DNA of 64,000 nucleotides from Ostreococcus lucimarinus (lineage: Eukaryota). Of the stretch, positions 10,085 through 21,544 are shown piece after piece. Each line of letters starts with the position of its first letter. Position 1 is the stretch's first letter. The notes under the pieces were generated by a model. That model saw nothing but the letters and a program-made list of their open reading frames with translations. It was not told the DNA's origin and ran no database searches. Where the stretch lies: NCBI GenBank assembly GCA_000092065.1, contig CP000586.1; one strand, given 5' to 3'. The translations under genes were made by a program, and so were the position numbers.

Positions 10085-11350
10085 ATGATTAATCGCGCCT
10101 TCGTCGGCGTGCGACGCGCCGTCGTCGCGACGACGCGCTCGCGCGCGGGACGCGACGTCCCGCGCTTCGCGCTCGCGCGCGCGCAGTCCGGGGACGCGTC
10201 GAGCGCGTCGAGCGGGGAATTCGAGACGGTGGGCGTGGTGAAGCGGCGATTGCACGAGCTCGAGACGCGCGTGGACGCCGCGCTGGAGATCGCGGACGTG
10301 CGCGGGTTGCGTAAAAAGTACGAGGCGTTGGATGAGGCGAGCGCGGCGGGGGACTTGTGGGATGACGTGCGGAAAGCGAAGGCGCTGATGGCTGAACTCG
10401 TGGGCGTGCGGGAGGAATTGGCGGCGGCGAGCGAGTTCGAGGCGCACGTGGACGATGCGCGCACGGCTTTGGAGCTCGCGGAGAGTGGAGAAGTGGAGAG
10501 TGAGATGAGCGAAATGCTGCGAGAGGCACTGACGAGCGTGGAGGCGCTGGACAAGGCTTTGGACGCGTGGGAGCTGAGACGGCTACTAGGAGGGAAGTAC
10601 GACGCGTTCGGGGCGGTTTTACAGATATACGCCGGTGCTGGGGGGTTGGACGCGCAAGACTGGACGGAAATGCTCGAACGAATGTATTTAGGGTGGTGTG
10701 AAAAGAGAGGATTCGCCGTACGCGCGACGGAGCGATTGGAAGGCGAGGGTGGAGGATTGAAGACGGCCACGCTCGAAGTCGAAGGGCGCTATGCGTACGG
10801 ATATCTGAGCTCGGAAAAGGGTACACATAGACTGGTGAGGCAGAGTCCGTTCAACAAAGACGCAGCACGCCAGACGAGTTTCGCTGCCGTCGATGTGATT
10901 CCGCTCTTCGAGGAAGACATGGAGGAAGTTGTGAAAGTGCCGGACACCGATTTGGAAGTCACGACGATGCGTTCGGGCGGTGCAGGCGGTCAAAACGTTA
11001 ACAAAGTTGAGACGGCGGTTCGAATTAAGCACATTCCAACTGGTATAACTGTTAAAGCCGAAGAACATCGCACGCAACAGTTGAACAGGCAAGCGGCGAT
11101 GTTGAGAATCAAAGCAAAACTCACCGCGTTGGCTGAGGAAGCGCGCGTGGCGGACATCGCCGAACTTCGAGGGGACATCGTCAAGGCGGAGTGGGGTCAG
11201 CAAATTCGAAACTATGTACTGCATCCGTACAAACTTGTTAAGGATGTTCGAACGGGAGTCGAGACAAGTGACGCTAATAAAGTCTTAAACGGTGCTCTCG
11301 ACGAGTACATGAATGGATATTTGCGCTGGAAGGCGGCATCGGATAGGTAG
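10085..11350 (+). CDS. prfB: organellar peptide chain release factor 2
   Basis: RF2-specific SPF motif (RQSPFNKD), GGQ motif ([25 protein letters not shown]), and an N-terminal R/A/S-rich presequence. Confidence 0.85.
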   Translation: MINRAFVGVRRAVVATTRSRAGRDVPRFALARAQSGDASSASSGEFETVGVVKRRLHELETRVDAALEIADVRGLRKKYEALDEASAAGDLWDDVRKAKALMAELVGVREELAAASEFEAHVDDARTALELAESGEVESEMSEMLREALTSVEALDKALDAWELRRLLGGKYDAFGAVLQIYAGAGGLDAQDWTEMLERMYLGWCEKRGFAVRATERLEGEGGGLKTATLEVEGRYAYGYLSSEKGTHRLVRQSPFNKDAARQTSFAAVDVIPLFEEDMEEVVKVPDTDLEVTTMRSGGAGGQNVNKVETAVRIKHIPTGITVKAEEHRTQQLNRQAAMLRIKAKLTALAEEARVADIAELRGDIVKAEWGQQIRNYVLHPYKLVKDVRTGVETSDANKVLNGALDEYMNGYLRWKAASDR

Positions 11351-11383
11351 AATTACAATATTACAGACATCATAGCAAGCTAT

Positions 11384-12961
11384 TTACCCCCAAAATGAGT
11401 CGACTACCTTAGACACTTTCTCTTTATGTCCGCGCCCGTGCTTTTCTTTCGAGTGATTCACCTTGGGCGCGCCAAAGTTGCTGTGCTTGCTGTTTTTACG
11501 TTGCTTCTCAAGCTTCAACCGCTGTCGTATAGCGTCGGCGGCAGCGGCGGGATCGACTGACATCATCGATGCCGTTTCCATTGCAAGCTTTTTCTGAGCC
11601 GCTTTTCGTTCTTTTCTCAATTCCGCTTTGCTCGGCGCCACGCTCGGCGCTTGCCGTCGAGCCCGGCGTTGCTCGGAGCTTTCGTCTGAATCTGTCACTG
11701 AAGGTTCCTCAAACGCTCGATGATTGAATTCCTTCATAGGCCCAACTTCTTCGTCGTACGTGCCGCGTTTGTTGATCCCATCCTCTTCGTTCATCGCAGC
11801 CTGAACTTGCGCTGCTAGATCGGCGATTTCGTCGTCGTTGAGCTTTAAGTCATACTGAGGTTCCTTGTCTTCTTCTAGCTCTTCTTCTACCGCCTCTTCT
11901 TCCTCTTCTTCCTCGTCGCCTTCATCACTTGATAGATCTAATTCGCGCTCCGAGCTCGCCGACCGTCCGTCTTCGAAAACTTGCGCGGTATAATCCTCGA
12001 GCTCTTTCTCTTGATTCTTCGTGAAACCGCTCGCTCTCAACTGAACGTCGATGGCTTGGCTTGGGATGGATTCGGCGACTACAGCTTTAAAATCGGGATC
12101 TGGCTCGCCCATGGGATCGTCCTCGGCGCGATAATCCCAATGTCGAACAAAAAATCTATGCAAACACTTCACATCTCGCCAAAACAACTCCTCGGCGTTC
12201 GGATGGTTCGTGGAAATCATCTGAGGGAAGTCGATGATGATGAGCTTCTTTTTCTCGTTCAACATCAAGTTGAACTCGTTGTAATCGCAATGTACCAACC
12301 CGTGTTTCGCAAGCTTGACGATGTTTTTCATACAGTCGCGGTAAATCTCTCCAGGATTATCTGGGTCGCGTATCTGCCTCAAAGGCGCCCCACGAACGAC
12401 GGACATCAACACTGCGTGCCTATTCGCATCGATTGGTTCCGGCACGGGAAATCCGTATTCGTACAAAGCCACCATGAATTGATGTTCTTTCATCGCTGCC
12501 AAACGGGACAAATACAACCAATTGTATTGCGTCCGTTTACCGAGATAATCTCTCTTACTCTTCACGTCCCTAAAAGAAGTTCGTCCCAATCGGTGAAGCT
12601 TGAGCGCCATCTGCCGTCCTTCGCCGTCTACGACTTCGTACACGTCCGACTCTTTCCCGACGCCAATCTTTCTCCCAACCCCAACGATCGACCCACGATT
12701 AACAAACGCCTTCAGTGCTAAAAAATCGTACCCAAGCGGCGTCAAGCGGTACCCGTCGTACTCCTTATTTTCGTGATGCACCAACTTGTGCTTCAGGAGC
12801 TCTTTAATGTGCTTGAACCCACCGCCGCGCTTCAACCCGGCGATGGCGTTGATGAGCTGCACGGGGACGATTTCGTGGTTCTTCATTCCCATCTCCGTCG
12901 CGACGAGCACGCGCCAGGTGTCTTTGTCGAGGTATCGGAGAATGTTCACGTCAAACTTCAT
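11384..12961 (-). CDS. RIOK2: RIO kinase 2
   Basis: N-terminal winged helix (MKFDVNILRYLDKDTWRVLVATEMGMKNHEIVP) then the RIO kinase core (GVGKESDVYEV..., LVHCDYNEFNLML). Acidic C-terminal tail. Confidence 0.85.
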   Translation of the reverse strand: MKFDVNILRYLDKDTWRVLVATEMGMKNHEIVPVQLINAIAGLKRGGGFKHIKELLKHKLVHHENKEYDGYRLTPLGYDFLALKAFVNRGSIVGVGRKIGVGKESDVYEVVDGEGRQMALKLHRLGRTSFRDVKSKRDYLGKRTQYNWLYLSRLAAMKEHQFMVALYEYGFPVPEPIDANRHAVLMSVVRGAPLRQIRDPDNPGEIYRDCMKNIVKLAKHGLVHCDYNEFNLMLNEKKKLIIIDFPQMISTNHPNAEELFWRDVKCLHRFFVRHWDYRAEDDPMGEPDPDFKAVVAESIPSQAIDVQLRASGFTKNQEKELEDYTAQVFEDGRSASSERELDLSSDEGDEEEEEEEAVEEELEEDKEPQYDLKLNDDEIADLAAQVQAAMNEEDGINKRGTYDEEVGPMKEFNHRAFEEPSVTDSDESSEQRRARRQAPSVAPSKAELRKERKAAQKKLAMETASMMSVDPAAAADAIRQRLKLEKQRKNSKHSNFGAPKVNHSKEKHGRGHKEKVSKVVDSFWG

Positions 12962-13266
12962 GGCGGCGGCGGCTGAAGCGTGACGGTGACGACAGCGGCG
13001 GCGTCACTATCCAGCGAACGCGCGGCGAGCGTGTGCGAGCGACAAACACCGTTGCTCGCCGAGCAACGGTGTTTGTCGCGCGCGTCGAGACGATGACGGT
13101 CGGTACGTTGCGCGGTGGTGGTCGAGGCACGCTCTGGGGACAGGTGCGCCGAGACGTTCTCGTGGACAAGTAAGAATTTCTTTTGTTTACAACATAAAGG
13201 ATGCGTAGCAATAGTAAGGCGTGACAATGTGTGCTTTTTTTCGTGTTTTTGTACATTTGCTTCGTG

Positions 13267-15261
13267 TCAAGCGCGCTGGCCGCGATCGAGGGCGTTTTGC
13301 CTCGATGCGAGCGTGGCGGAGAGCTGCGAAAGCCGAGCGTGCGTGCTGCCGTCAATGACCAGCGGCGGAGTGATGTGCAAGCCTGGGCCTTCGCCTATGA
13401 GGAACTGTAGAAGCGTTTGCGCGCGACCGTAAGTGTCCGACGCAGTCTGCTTGTTCTCCGCCAATTCCTCCCGAACGCCTTCTTTTGCGAGCTTGCAGAT
13501 TTGTTGGTACACCAACTCCATGCCGTCGGGAAGCGCCGAATTCATATCGAAGCCAGCGGCGTTGCAAGCCGCCGCTGCCTTTTCGGCGCGCGTATGGGCG
13601 GCTTGAAACGCTTCTCCGATTCTCACTGTCGCGCGCTTAGCACTGACGGCCATCGAGCTTCCTGCTGTGGGGGAACTATCTGCGGACGAAGTGCTCGCGC
13701 TCGTCCCACTGAGCGCGATGGATGATGACTTTTGCTCGGTCGTGAGGATTTCAGACGCGAATCTGTGCGCCGTGCGCAGCGCTGCGAGAGAAATCAAGCC
13801 CAAGGATAGCGCCTCGAGCTTGCTTCCCGCGTTCCAATGTTCCATCGAACTGTCGCGCAGCACCGCGGCGGCTTTCTCTAAAACGCCCACGCGCACTCCG
13901 AGTTGCGCGACGAGTATTTGAGACTGCGTTTGCGCGCGCGCGGCGAGCGTCATCGGTTGACTCGAAGGCGATGTCCCTCGCGACATGCGCGCGCGACCTC
14001 CGAACGTGGCACCCGCCCCATCCCTTGGACTGAGTGACATGCGCGACAACGGCGACGAACCGAGTGACGGCGAGCGCATCGCCGTAGACTTTGGCCCACT
14101 CGCTCCTGGCGACGATACCAAGACGTAGTCGCCACCGATATTCATCTTATCCCCATTTTCTTGCACTTTTGTAGACGTCGGCACCGGACGACTGATCGGT
14201 CGTTGCGCTTGTTCCGCGAGACGTATCGACGTCGGCGACGGGCTCGCGCTCTCGACATCCATATCAAACGGCATCGTTTCGCTATCGTCGCTACAGCCGC
14301 TCCGAGAAATCCTTCCCTGCGAATTCTGAGCGCCTGGTTTCGTCGGAATGCCGACTCCAACGTCGGCCGCTTTCAAGAACGGATGATTGAAAAACTCTTC
14401 AAAAGAGATGCGATTCGCGGCGTCGCGGTGAAGCAAGCCGCGAAGTAAGTCGATGCACTCAGCCGACAACCCTTGGGCGATGTGGATGGGAATCTTGAAC
14501 TCGGTCTTTTGAATGTTGCGCAGGAGCTGCACTTGATTTTGCCCCGTGAACGGCACGGTACCGACGAGCATCTCAAACAATATCGCCCCCACGCTCCACA
14601 AATCCGCCTTGGCGTCGTATCGCTGATAATTCAAAACTTCGGGCGCCATGTACAGCGGACTCCCGCACACGGTGTCCGCCATCCCTTCGCTGTCGCGAAT
14701 GTATCTCGCGAACCCAAAATCAGCGATTTTCAACTCGGCGTTCAAATCGTTCGAAGTCAACAGCAAATTTTGCGGTTTCAAATCTCGATGCACGATCTGC
14801 GCCTTGCGCATCGCCTTGAGCCCCCTCGCGAGCTGAAGCATGAAACGTCTCGCCGCGATTTCTTCCATCCTTCCGTGCCTCTTGATGAACTGACTCAGAT
14901 CCCCCCCCCCACAATATTCCAACACGATGTACACCGTCTCGTTCGAGCTCTGCATATCGATAAACCGGAGAATATTTTCGTCTCGCATCCTTCGCATCAC
15001 CTCCACCTCGAGTTTCAAACTCTCCCTCAACTTTTTACTCAACCGCTCGCACGCGATCTCCTTCACCGCCACCACCGCCCCCGTCTTCACGCACGTCGCT
15101 CGCCACACCGTCGCGAACGACCCTCGACCGAGCGTCGCGTCGTCCAGCGCCCACCTCTCGCCCACCGTTCGCCGTCGTCCGCTCGCCCCGCGCGCGCGCG
15201 TCGTCCACCCCTCTCGCGACGCGTCCGCCACCCCGCGCGTCCCATCCGTCGTCCGCGTCAT
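13267..15261 (-). CDS. ATG1: Ser/Thr kinase ATG1/ULK (autophagy initiation kinase)
   Basis: Kinase domain LGRGSFATVWRA...VAVKEI...IVHRDLKPQNLLL...LKIADFGFAR...CGSPLYMAPEV with a ULK-type C-terminal region. Start chosen at Met MTRTTDG (codon 15259-15261); the longer ORF to 15714 runs into the promoter tandem repeat. Confidence 0.75.
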   Translation of the reverse strand: MTRTTDGTRGVADASREGWTTRARGASGRRRTVGERWALDDATLGRGSFATVWRATCVKTGAVVAVKEIACERLSKKLRESLKLEVEVMRRMRDENILRFIDMQSSNETVYIVLEYCGGGDLSQFIKRHGRMEEIAARRFMLQLARGLKAMRKAQIVHRDLKPQNLLLTSNDLNAELKIADFGFARYIRDSEGMADTVCGSPLYMAPEVLNYQRYDAKADLWSVGAILFEMLVGTVPFTGQNQVQLLRNIQKTEFKIPIHIAQGLSAECIDLLRGLLHRDAANRISFEEFFNHPFLKAADVGVGIPTKPGAQNSQGRISRSGCSDDSETMPFDMDVESASPSPTSIRLAEQAQRPISRPVPTSTKVQENGDKMNIGGDYVLVSSPGASGPKSTAMRSPSLGSSPLSRMSLSPRDGAGATFGGRARMSRGTSPSSQPMTLAARAQTQSQILVAQLGVRVGVLEKAAAVLRDSSMEHWNAGSKLEALSLGLISLAALRTAHRFASEILTTEQKSSSIALSGTSASTSSADSSPTAGSSMAVSAKRATVRIGEAFQAAHTRAEKAAAACNAAGFDMNSALPDGMELVYQQICKLAKEGVREELAENKQTASDTYGRAQTLLQFLIGEGPGLHITPPLVIDGSTHARLSQLSATLASRQNALDRGQRA

Positions 15262-15530
15262 CCCGCTCGAGTCACTCTTTCGTTTTCCTTCGCGTCCCGG
15301 GACTTCCCGCGCTTCGTCGACGCGTTCGAATCTCGTCGACGCGCGACGTTCGCGTTCGAACGGCACCGTCCTCGCGTCGTCGTCTTCGGGTGGTTCTTCG
15401 ACGCGTCGCTCGCGTCCGTCGCTCGCGTCGTTCGGCGCGTCGATCGACGTCGTCGCGCGCTCGGCTCCCGGCGCCGCGCCTCGGCGTCGCCGCGCGACGC
15501 CCTCTCGCGTCGCCGCGCGCGGGCGCGAGG

Positions 15531-15674
15531 CGTCGCGTCGTTCGGACCCTCTCTTGGCGACAACCCTCGCGTGGCGAAGACCGCGTCGACGCGCGGGTGT
15601 CTCGTCGCGTCGTTCGGACCCTCTCTTGGCGACGACCCTCGCGTGGCGAAGACCGCGTCGACGCGCGGGTGTCT
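15531..15674. repeat. 72-bp tandem duplication (2 copies, 1 mismatch)
   Basis: cgtcgcgtcgttcggaccctctcttggcgac(a/g)accctcgcgtggcgaagaccgcgtcgacgcgcgggtgtct repeated head-to-tail. It lies between the divergent ATG1 and S2P starts. Confidence 0.85.
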
Positions 15675-15749
15675 CGCGCGCGCCGCGACGACGGCCGCGA
15701 CGCGCGCGCCGCACCGCGCGACGGCGGCGCGATCGCGATCGCGATCGAG

Positions 15750-15822
15750 ATGGCGGCGCGGTGCGCCTCGACCGCGCGCGCGGCGACGATTCGCCGTGGA
15801 CGCGGGCGCGCGACGCGCGCGA

Positions 15823-15858
<36 letters not shown>

Positions 15859-17222
15859 GGACGACGACGGGACGACGGCGCGCGGCGCGCGGAGGCGCGG
15901 GAGACGCGCGAGGGCGCGCGAAAGTGACGCCGGGAAGCGATGGCGCGACGCGGGCGCGCGACGCGGGCGCGGCGCGCGGCGACGGTGGGGGCGGGACGAC
16001 GGCGCGAAGGACGACGACGCGACGACGCGAGGACGCGAACGCGGGGGGGAGGGAGGGAGGGACGCGCGCGAACGGTCGCGCGCTCGCGACGCTCGGAATG
16101 GCGAGCGCGATGGGGATCGATTTTGAGGGACCGGGGAGCGTGATAACGGCGATCGGGGTGCTGGCGGTGATCATCACGGCGCACGAGTGCGGGCACTTTT
16201 TCGCGGCGCGAGCGCGGGGGATACACGTGAACGCGTTCGCGGTGGGGTTCGGGCCGAATCTTTTCACGTATCGCGGACCGGAGGTGGAGTATAGCTTGAA
16301 AGCGATCCCGCTCGGGGGATACGTGGCGTTTCCGGACGATGATGAGGATTGTCCGTACCCGGAGGACGATCCGGATTTGTTGCGCAACAGGCCGACGAGC
16401 GATCGCGCGTTGGTCGTCTCCGCGGGCATCATCGCCAACGTGCTTTTTGCGTTCGGGATTTTGTACAACCAAGTCACCACGGTTGGATTCGCGGAGCAAA
16501 AATTTGAACCCGGAGTCGTCGTCAAGGCGTTTACGAGTTCGTCGGTCGCGCGAGACGCGGGCATCGAGGCGGGCGATATCATTTTATCCGTCGACGGCGA
16601 AAAACTGGCGGCGAGCGGGAAATCGGTGGGTAAAGTCGTGAACGCGGTGAAAAACTCGCCGAACGATGTCTTGAAATTCGAGCTCATGCGAATCGGCGCG
16701 GACGGGGCGCCCGAGGTGAAGATTGTCGAGTTGCGCCCGAGCGCGACGCCGACTGGCGACGGTAAAGTCGGCGTCAAGCTCGAATCCAACTCGAGCGTAT
16801 CCAAACATATCGCGAGCAATCCGATCGAGGCCGCTTCGTTGGCCGGTAATGAATTCGCTCGGTTGACGGCTTTGGTGTGGAAAAGCCTCTCTGGTTTGTT
16901 CCTGCACTTTGACGACAACAAGTCGCAGGTGAGCGGGCCCATCGCCATCGTGGCCACGGGGGCAGAGGTGATGCGAAGCGATGTCAGTGGGCTGTATCAG
17001 TTCGCAGCAGTCATCAACATTAACCTCGCCATCGTCAACTTGCTTCCTTTACCAGCGCTCGACGGTGGATTTCTACTACTCATCGCCATCGAAGCCGCGC
17101 GGGGCGGGAAGAAGATTCCGCTCGAAATTGAGCAAAGCATCACAGGCGCGGGCGTGCTGTTCCTGTTGATTTCGGGCGCGTCGTTGATACTTCGAGACAC
17201 GATAAATTTGATTCCTCATTAG
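15750..17222 (+). CDS. site-2 protease family zinc metalloprotease (RseP/ARASP/EGY-like), PDZ-containing
   Basis: HExxH (AHECGHFFAA), PDZ domain (GDIILSVDGEKL), LDG motif (NLLPLPALDGG). N-terminal poly-Thr/Arg-rich presequence. Start at Met 15750 is uncertain; the frame is open from 15390. Confidence 0.8.
15824..15856. repeat. (GAC)n microsatellite inside the S2P N-terminal extension (encodes poly-Thr)
   Basis: gacgacgac... run translated as TTTTTTTTTTT. Confidence 0.85.
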
Positions 17223-17408
17223 CCATACTTTTACGACTTAGATTCGGCACGCTTTCAATAGCCTTTGTAAACGCGCGCGCGCGCGAAAAACGAGCCCCTC
17301 GAGCGCGGTCGTCGTCGTCGTCGAACGCGGTGGTTGAACGCAATTGCTCGTTTTCGCATTACTCATATTCGCTAAGAATTAATTGTTCGCTAATTTTACG
17401 CCATGAAA

Positions 17409-17771
17409 TCAAAGGTAAATGTTCGCGGTGCGCTCCTTGAACTTCAACTCTCGCGAGTCGCGCTTGTTCACGCCCTCCGCAACCTCGCGTTCGCGCTTGA
17501 CAGTGTACAATTGCGCAACTTTGGTCTTCAAGATACCGAAGTGGTGCGGCTTGAACTCCTTACGCGTGCTTTGACGCATGCGCAACTGGAACAACATCTT
17601 CTTGCTCTTCGTCACCTCCTCCAAAAGCGCCTCGTTGGACAAATCCTTGAAATCCTTCACCTTGGTCGGCTTGAGCGCGGTGTACTCATCCTCCGCCGCG
17701 GCGTCGCCCTCGGCGCGCACGACCACGGTCGCGGCGCGCTTGGGCGCACTGCGTCCGGAAACCTGCATCAT
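17409..17771 (-). CDS. plastid-type 50S ribosomal protein L29 (uL29) precursor
   Basis: ALLEEVTKSKKMLFQLRMRQSTRKEFKPHHFGILKTKVAQLYTVKRERE matches the L29 family. A short basic presequence precedes it. Confidence 0.7.
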   Translation of the reverse strand: MMQVSGRSAPKRAATVVVRAEGDAAAEDEYTALKPTKVKDFKDLSNEALLEEVTKSKKMLFQLRMRQSTRKEFKPHHFGILKTKVAQLYTVKREREVAEGVNKRDSRELKFKERTANIYL

Positions 17772-17890
17772 CGTAAAAAACCACCCACTTCGTCAGTCCA
17801 CGCGCTTCCTCGCCCTTCGCCCTCGCTCGCCCTTCGCCCTCGCCTCGCGCTCGGGTTTCAGGGTTTCCCAAAGATGACGATTTCACCCTG

Positions 17891-17902
17891 CCCCCCCCCC
17901 CC
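17891..17902. repeat. C12 homopolymer
   Basis: cccccccccccc in the L29 / RPE divergent spacer. Confidence 0.9.
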
Positions 17903-18106
17903 GCGCGCCATCCTTCGCGACTCCCGCCCACGCCGCGCGCGCGCGTCGTCGAACGTAATTTCCTCCGCCCATCCCTCGACCGTCGTTCGTCATCGCGCGT
18001 TCGCGCGCGCGTCACCCCTCGCGCCATCGCCCGCGTCCGCGTCCCGCCTCCTCGCGCGCGTCGTCGTCGTCGTCGTCGTCGCGTCCTTCGCGCGCGGGTT
18101 CGCGCG

Positions 18107-18116
18107 CCCCCCCCCC
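18107..18116. repeat. C10 homopolymer
   Basis: cccccccccc in the same spacer. Confidence 0.9.
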
Positions 18117-18456
18117 GCGTCGATCACTTTTCGCGCGCGTCCACGCACCTTGATCGCGCACGTCGCGCGCGTCGCGGAGGACAACGAAGTCGCGGCGAAC
18201 ATCGAGGCGCGTCGTCGTCGTCGAGTGAGGCGGCGACGGCGCGACGGGCGCGCGTCGTCGCCATCGGGGCTGTCGACATCGCGCGAACGAGTCGTGGAAT
18301 ACGACGTTACCCCCACGACCCGTTCTGTGATAATATAGTGATCAGACACGCTCGTATACCCGAATGTCCGAATTTTGGATCGCGGCCGACCGGCCGCCCC
18401 TCGCCGCGAAAACCTGAAGTGCGCGCCCCGCACTCGCCGTCGAATCGATCGGGATC

Positions 18457-19254
18457 ATGTTGTCCGCGTCTTCGTTTACCGGCGTCAAGGTGTGCGCGCG
18501 CGCGAGCCAAAACAACCGCACGCGCGGTGCGCGCCAAAGCGTGCGCGTCAGCGCGAACGCCAAGGTGGACGCGTGCGATAAAAACAGCATCATCGTGTCC
18601 CCGAGCATCCTGAGCGCCAACTTCGCGAAGCTCGGCGAGGAGATCCAAGCGATCGATAAGGCTGGCGCGGAGTGGGTGCACGTGGACGTCATGGATGGGA
18701 GATTCGTGCCGAACATCACGATCGGACCGTTGGTCGTGGACGCGATTCGACCGGTGACGGATAAGGTGCTGGACTGCCACTTGATGATCGTGGAGCCGGA
18801 GCTTCGCGTGGCGGATTTCGCGAAAGCGGGCGCGGATATCATCTCCGTGCACGCCGAAGGCGCGGCGACGATTCACTTGCACCGCACAATCAACCAAATC
18901 AAGGATTTGGGGTGCAAGGCGGGCGTCGTGCTCAACCCGGGGACGCCCGTGAACGTGCTCGAGTACATCATCGAAGAGGTCGACTTGATCCTCGTCATGT
19001 CCGTCAACCCGGGCTTCGGCGGTCAATCGTTCATCGAATCTCAAGTCGAGAAGATTGCGCAAATCAAGAAAATGTGCGTCGCCAAGGGTGTGAACCCGTG
19101 GATCGAAGTCGACGGTGGCGTGTCCCCGGCAAACGCGTACAAGGTGATCGAAGCCGGCGCCAACGCCCTCGTCGCCGGCTCCGCCGTCTTCAACTCTCCG
19201 GACTACGCCGCGGCGATCGCGGGCATCAAGGCCAGCAAGCGCCCGGGTGCTTAA
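18457..19254 (+). CDS. RPE: ribulose-phosphate 3-epimerase, plastid/cyanobacterial type, with presequence
   Basis: [46 protein letters not shown]...[21 protein letters not shown]...VDGGV. Full-length RPE core. Confidence 0.9.
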   Translation: MLSASSFTGVKVCARASQNNRTRGARQSVRVSANAKVDACDKNSIIVSPSILSANFAKLGEEIQAIDKAGAEWVHVDVMDGRFVPNITIGPLVVDAIRPVTDKVLDCHLMIVEPELRVADFAKAGADIISVHAEGAATIHLHRTINQIKDLGCKAGVVLNPGTPVNVLEYIIEEVDLILVMSVNPGFGGQSFIESQVEKIAQIKKMCVAKGVNPWIEVDGGVSPANAYKVIEAGANALVAGSAVFNSPDYAAAIAGIKASKRPGA

Positions 19255-19328
19255 ACGCCCCGCAAACGATCGATTAAACTCTATTCCCCTCGATCATTGT
19301 TCGCGTATTTTGTCATAAACTCAACGCA

Positions 19329-21500
19329 GTGCGAGAACACCGCGCCGCCCCGACGCCTCGCCGGGCGCACATCTCGTCGCGCGCGACGCGCGCTCGCGCG
19401 AGCGGTGATCTCACGACCGGTGTCGCGATGCGCGTCGCGCTCGCGCGCACCGCGCGAGCCTCGGCGTCGACGTCCCACGCCGCGTCCTTCGCCGCCGCGT
19501 CCTTCGCCGCGCGCGACCTCGCGCTCGATTTCGACGTCGTCGTCGTCGGTGGAGGGCACGCCGGGACCGAAGCCGCGGCGGCGGCCGCGAGGAAAGGCGC
19601 GCGCACGGCGTTGGTGACGCCGAATCCGTATAAAACGATCGGAGAGATGAGCTGCAACCCCTCCATCGGCGGCTTGGGCAAAGGAACGCTCGCGCGCGAG
19701 GTCGACGCGCTCGATGGTTTGATGGCGCGCGCCGCGGATGGGGGAGGCATTCAGTTTCGGATGTTGAATTCGAGCAAAGGCCCGGCGGTTCGAGGGGCGC
19801 GGGCGCAGATGGATCGCGAGTTGTACAAGGGAGAGATACAACGGTTGGTGAGCGCCGTCGGCGGCTTGGACGTCGTCGACGCGGCGGTGGTGGACTTAGA
19901 CATTGACCACGCGAGCGATGGATCGCGAGGAGTGATGCGAGGGGTAGTTTTAGACAATGGGCGCACGTTGCGCGCGAAATCAGTGGTGATCACGACTGGG
20001 ACGTTTTTGAACGGCGTGTTGCACATCGGCTCCAAGCGCGTCGTCGCGGGAAGACTCGCAAACGATACCACGCAACAGGCAGATTTAAAAGCGGGCGAGG
20101 CGGCGCACAGCTTGGCGCGAACACTTTATGGTATAGGTTTTAAGATGGGACGCATGAAGACCGGGACACCGCCGAGATTGGATGGGAAGACGATTGATTG
20201 GTCCGCGTGCGCGCCTCAACCAGGGGACGCAGTCCCGGTCCCTTTTGCGTTCACCTCGTCGAGTCGACCGGTGCACGCGGAGGCGTGGAAACCACCCGCT
20301 CGGCAAATAATGTGCCATAGCACGTATACAACGTCGGAGACTGAAAAGTACATCGCGGCAGCGCCTAAGTCAAAGTACGAGCTCGACGACGTCGAATCGC
20401 CGACGACGCCGAGATATTGTCCATCCATCGAGTCTAAAGTGAGAAGATTTCCAGGGCGCACCCATCGAATTTGGCTCGAACCGGAAGGTTTAAACACCGA
20501 TGTCGTTTATCCGAATGGAATCACGAATAATCTAGAACCCGAATTGCAGAAAGAAATGGTTCGCACCATTCCCGGTTTGGAAAACGCCGTGATACTCAGC
20601 CCCGGATACGGCGTCGAGTACGATTACGTGGATCCGCGAGAATTGCGAATAACGTTGGAGACGAAGCGCATACAGGGTTTGTTCTTAGCGGGACAGATCA
20701 ACGGCACGACTGGATACGAAGAAGCCGCGGCGCAGGGCGTCATCGCTGGAGCCAATGCGGCGAGCGTCGACGGCGAAGAATTTGTCGTACCGCGATACTC
20801 TAGCTACCTCGGCGTTCTCGTGGATGATTTGACGAGCAGAGGCACGAGCGAGCCATACCGCATGTTCAGCTCGCGCGTGGAGTATCGGTTGAGCATTCGT
20901 TCCGACAACGCGGATCTGCGTCTCACAGAACTCGGCGAACGGTACGGCGTCGTCTCCGCGGAGCGCGCTCGCGCGGCGGCCAGACGACGCACGTTGGTCG
21001 AACAAGCCGGTGGTGCACTCGACGCGATCACGCTCATACCATCTCGATGGCAAGCGTACGCGCCGGACCTACCGATCGCCAAGCACGGTCGACATCTCAG
21101 CGCGTCCAATATGTTGGCGCAAGGTTGGGACGTCGACAAAATTCTCCGCGTCGTCGCGGACGTCCTCGGTCCTTTGGATCCGCACGTGCGAGCGCTGCGT
21201 TCTGTAAACGAAGAAGATCGAAGCGCGTTCGAGTGCGCGGCGATCGAGGCGTATTACAAACCGTACATCGAGCGCCAGGCGCAGGATATCGACGACATGC
21301 GCCGCGAGGAAGAGCTCGCGATTCCGGAAACCTTTGATTACTCCGCCATCGACAATTTATCTCTCGAAGATCGAGAAAAGCTCGAGGCGGTGCGCCCGAC
21401 GACGTTCGCGCGCGCGAGTCGAATCTCCGGCGTCACCCCCGCGGCGCTACTCTCGCTCCTCCGAGTCGTGACGAAAAAATCGACGGTGAAACAGCGTTAG
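19329..21500 (+). CDS. mnmG: tRNA uridine-5-carboxymethylaminomethyl modification enzyme MnmG/GidA (MTO1-like)
   Basis: FAD-binding [27 protein letters not shown] and the conserved GidA C-terminal domain. Met 19428 is an alternative start. Confidence 0.85.
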   Translation: MREHRAAPTPRRAHISSRATRARASGDLTTGVAMRVALARTARASASTSHAASFAAASFAARDLALDFDVVVVGGGHAGTEAAAAAARKGARTALVTPNPYKTIGEMSCNPSIGGLGKGTLAREVDALDGLMARAADGGGIQFRMLNSSKGPAVRGARAQMDRELYKGEIQRLVSAVGGLDVVDAAVVDLDIDHASDGSRGVMRGVVLDNGRTLRAKSVVITTGTFLNGVLHIGSKRVVAGRLANDTTQQADLKAGEAAHSLARTLYGIGFKMGRMKTGTPPRLDGKTIDWSACAPQPGDAVPVPFAFTSSSRPVHAEAWKPPARQIMCHSTYTTSETEKYIAAAPKSKYELDDVESPTTPRYCPSIESKVRRFPGRTHRIWLEPEGLNTDVVYPNGITNNLEPELQKEMVRTIPGLENAVILSPGYGVEYDYVDPRELRITLETKRIQGLFLAGQINGTTGYEEAAAQGVIAGANAASVDGEEFVVPRYSSYLGVLVDDLTSRGTSEPYRMFSSRVEYRLSIRSDNADLRLTELGERYGVVSAERARAAARRRTLVEQAGGALDAITLIPSRWQAYAPDLPIAKHGRHLSASNMLAQGWDVDKILRVVADVLGPLDPHVRALRSVNEEDRSAFECAAIEAYYKPYIERQAQDIDDMRREEELAIPETFDYSAIDNLSLEDREKLEAVRPTTFARASRISGVTPAALLSLLRVVTKKSTVKQR

Positions 21501-21544
21501 AATTCTTTTTAGATAACAACAACCTAGGTAGCACGCAGCGCAAA

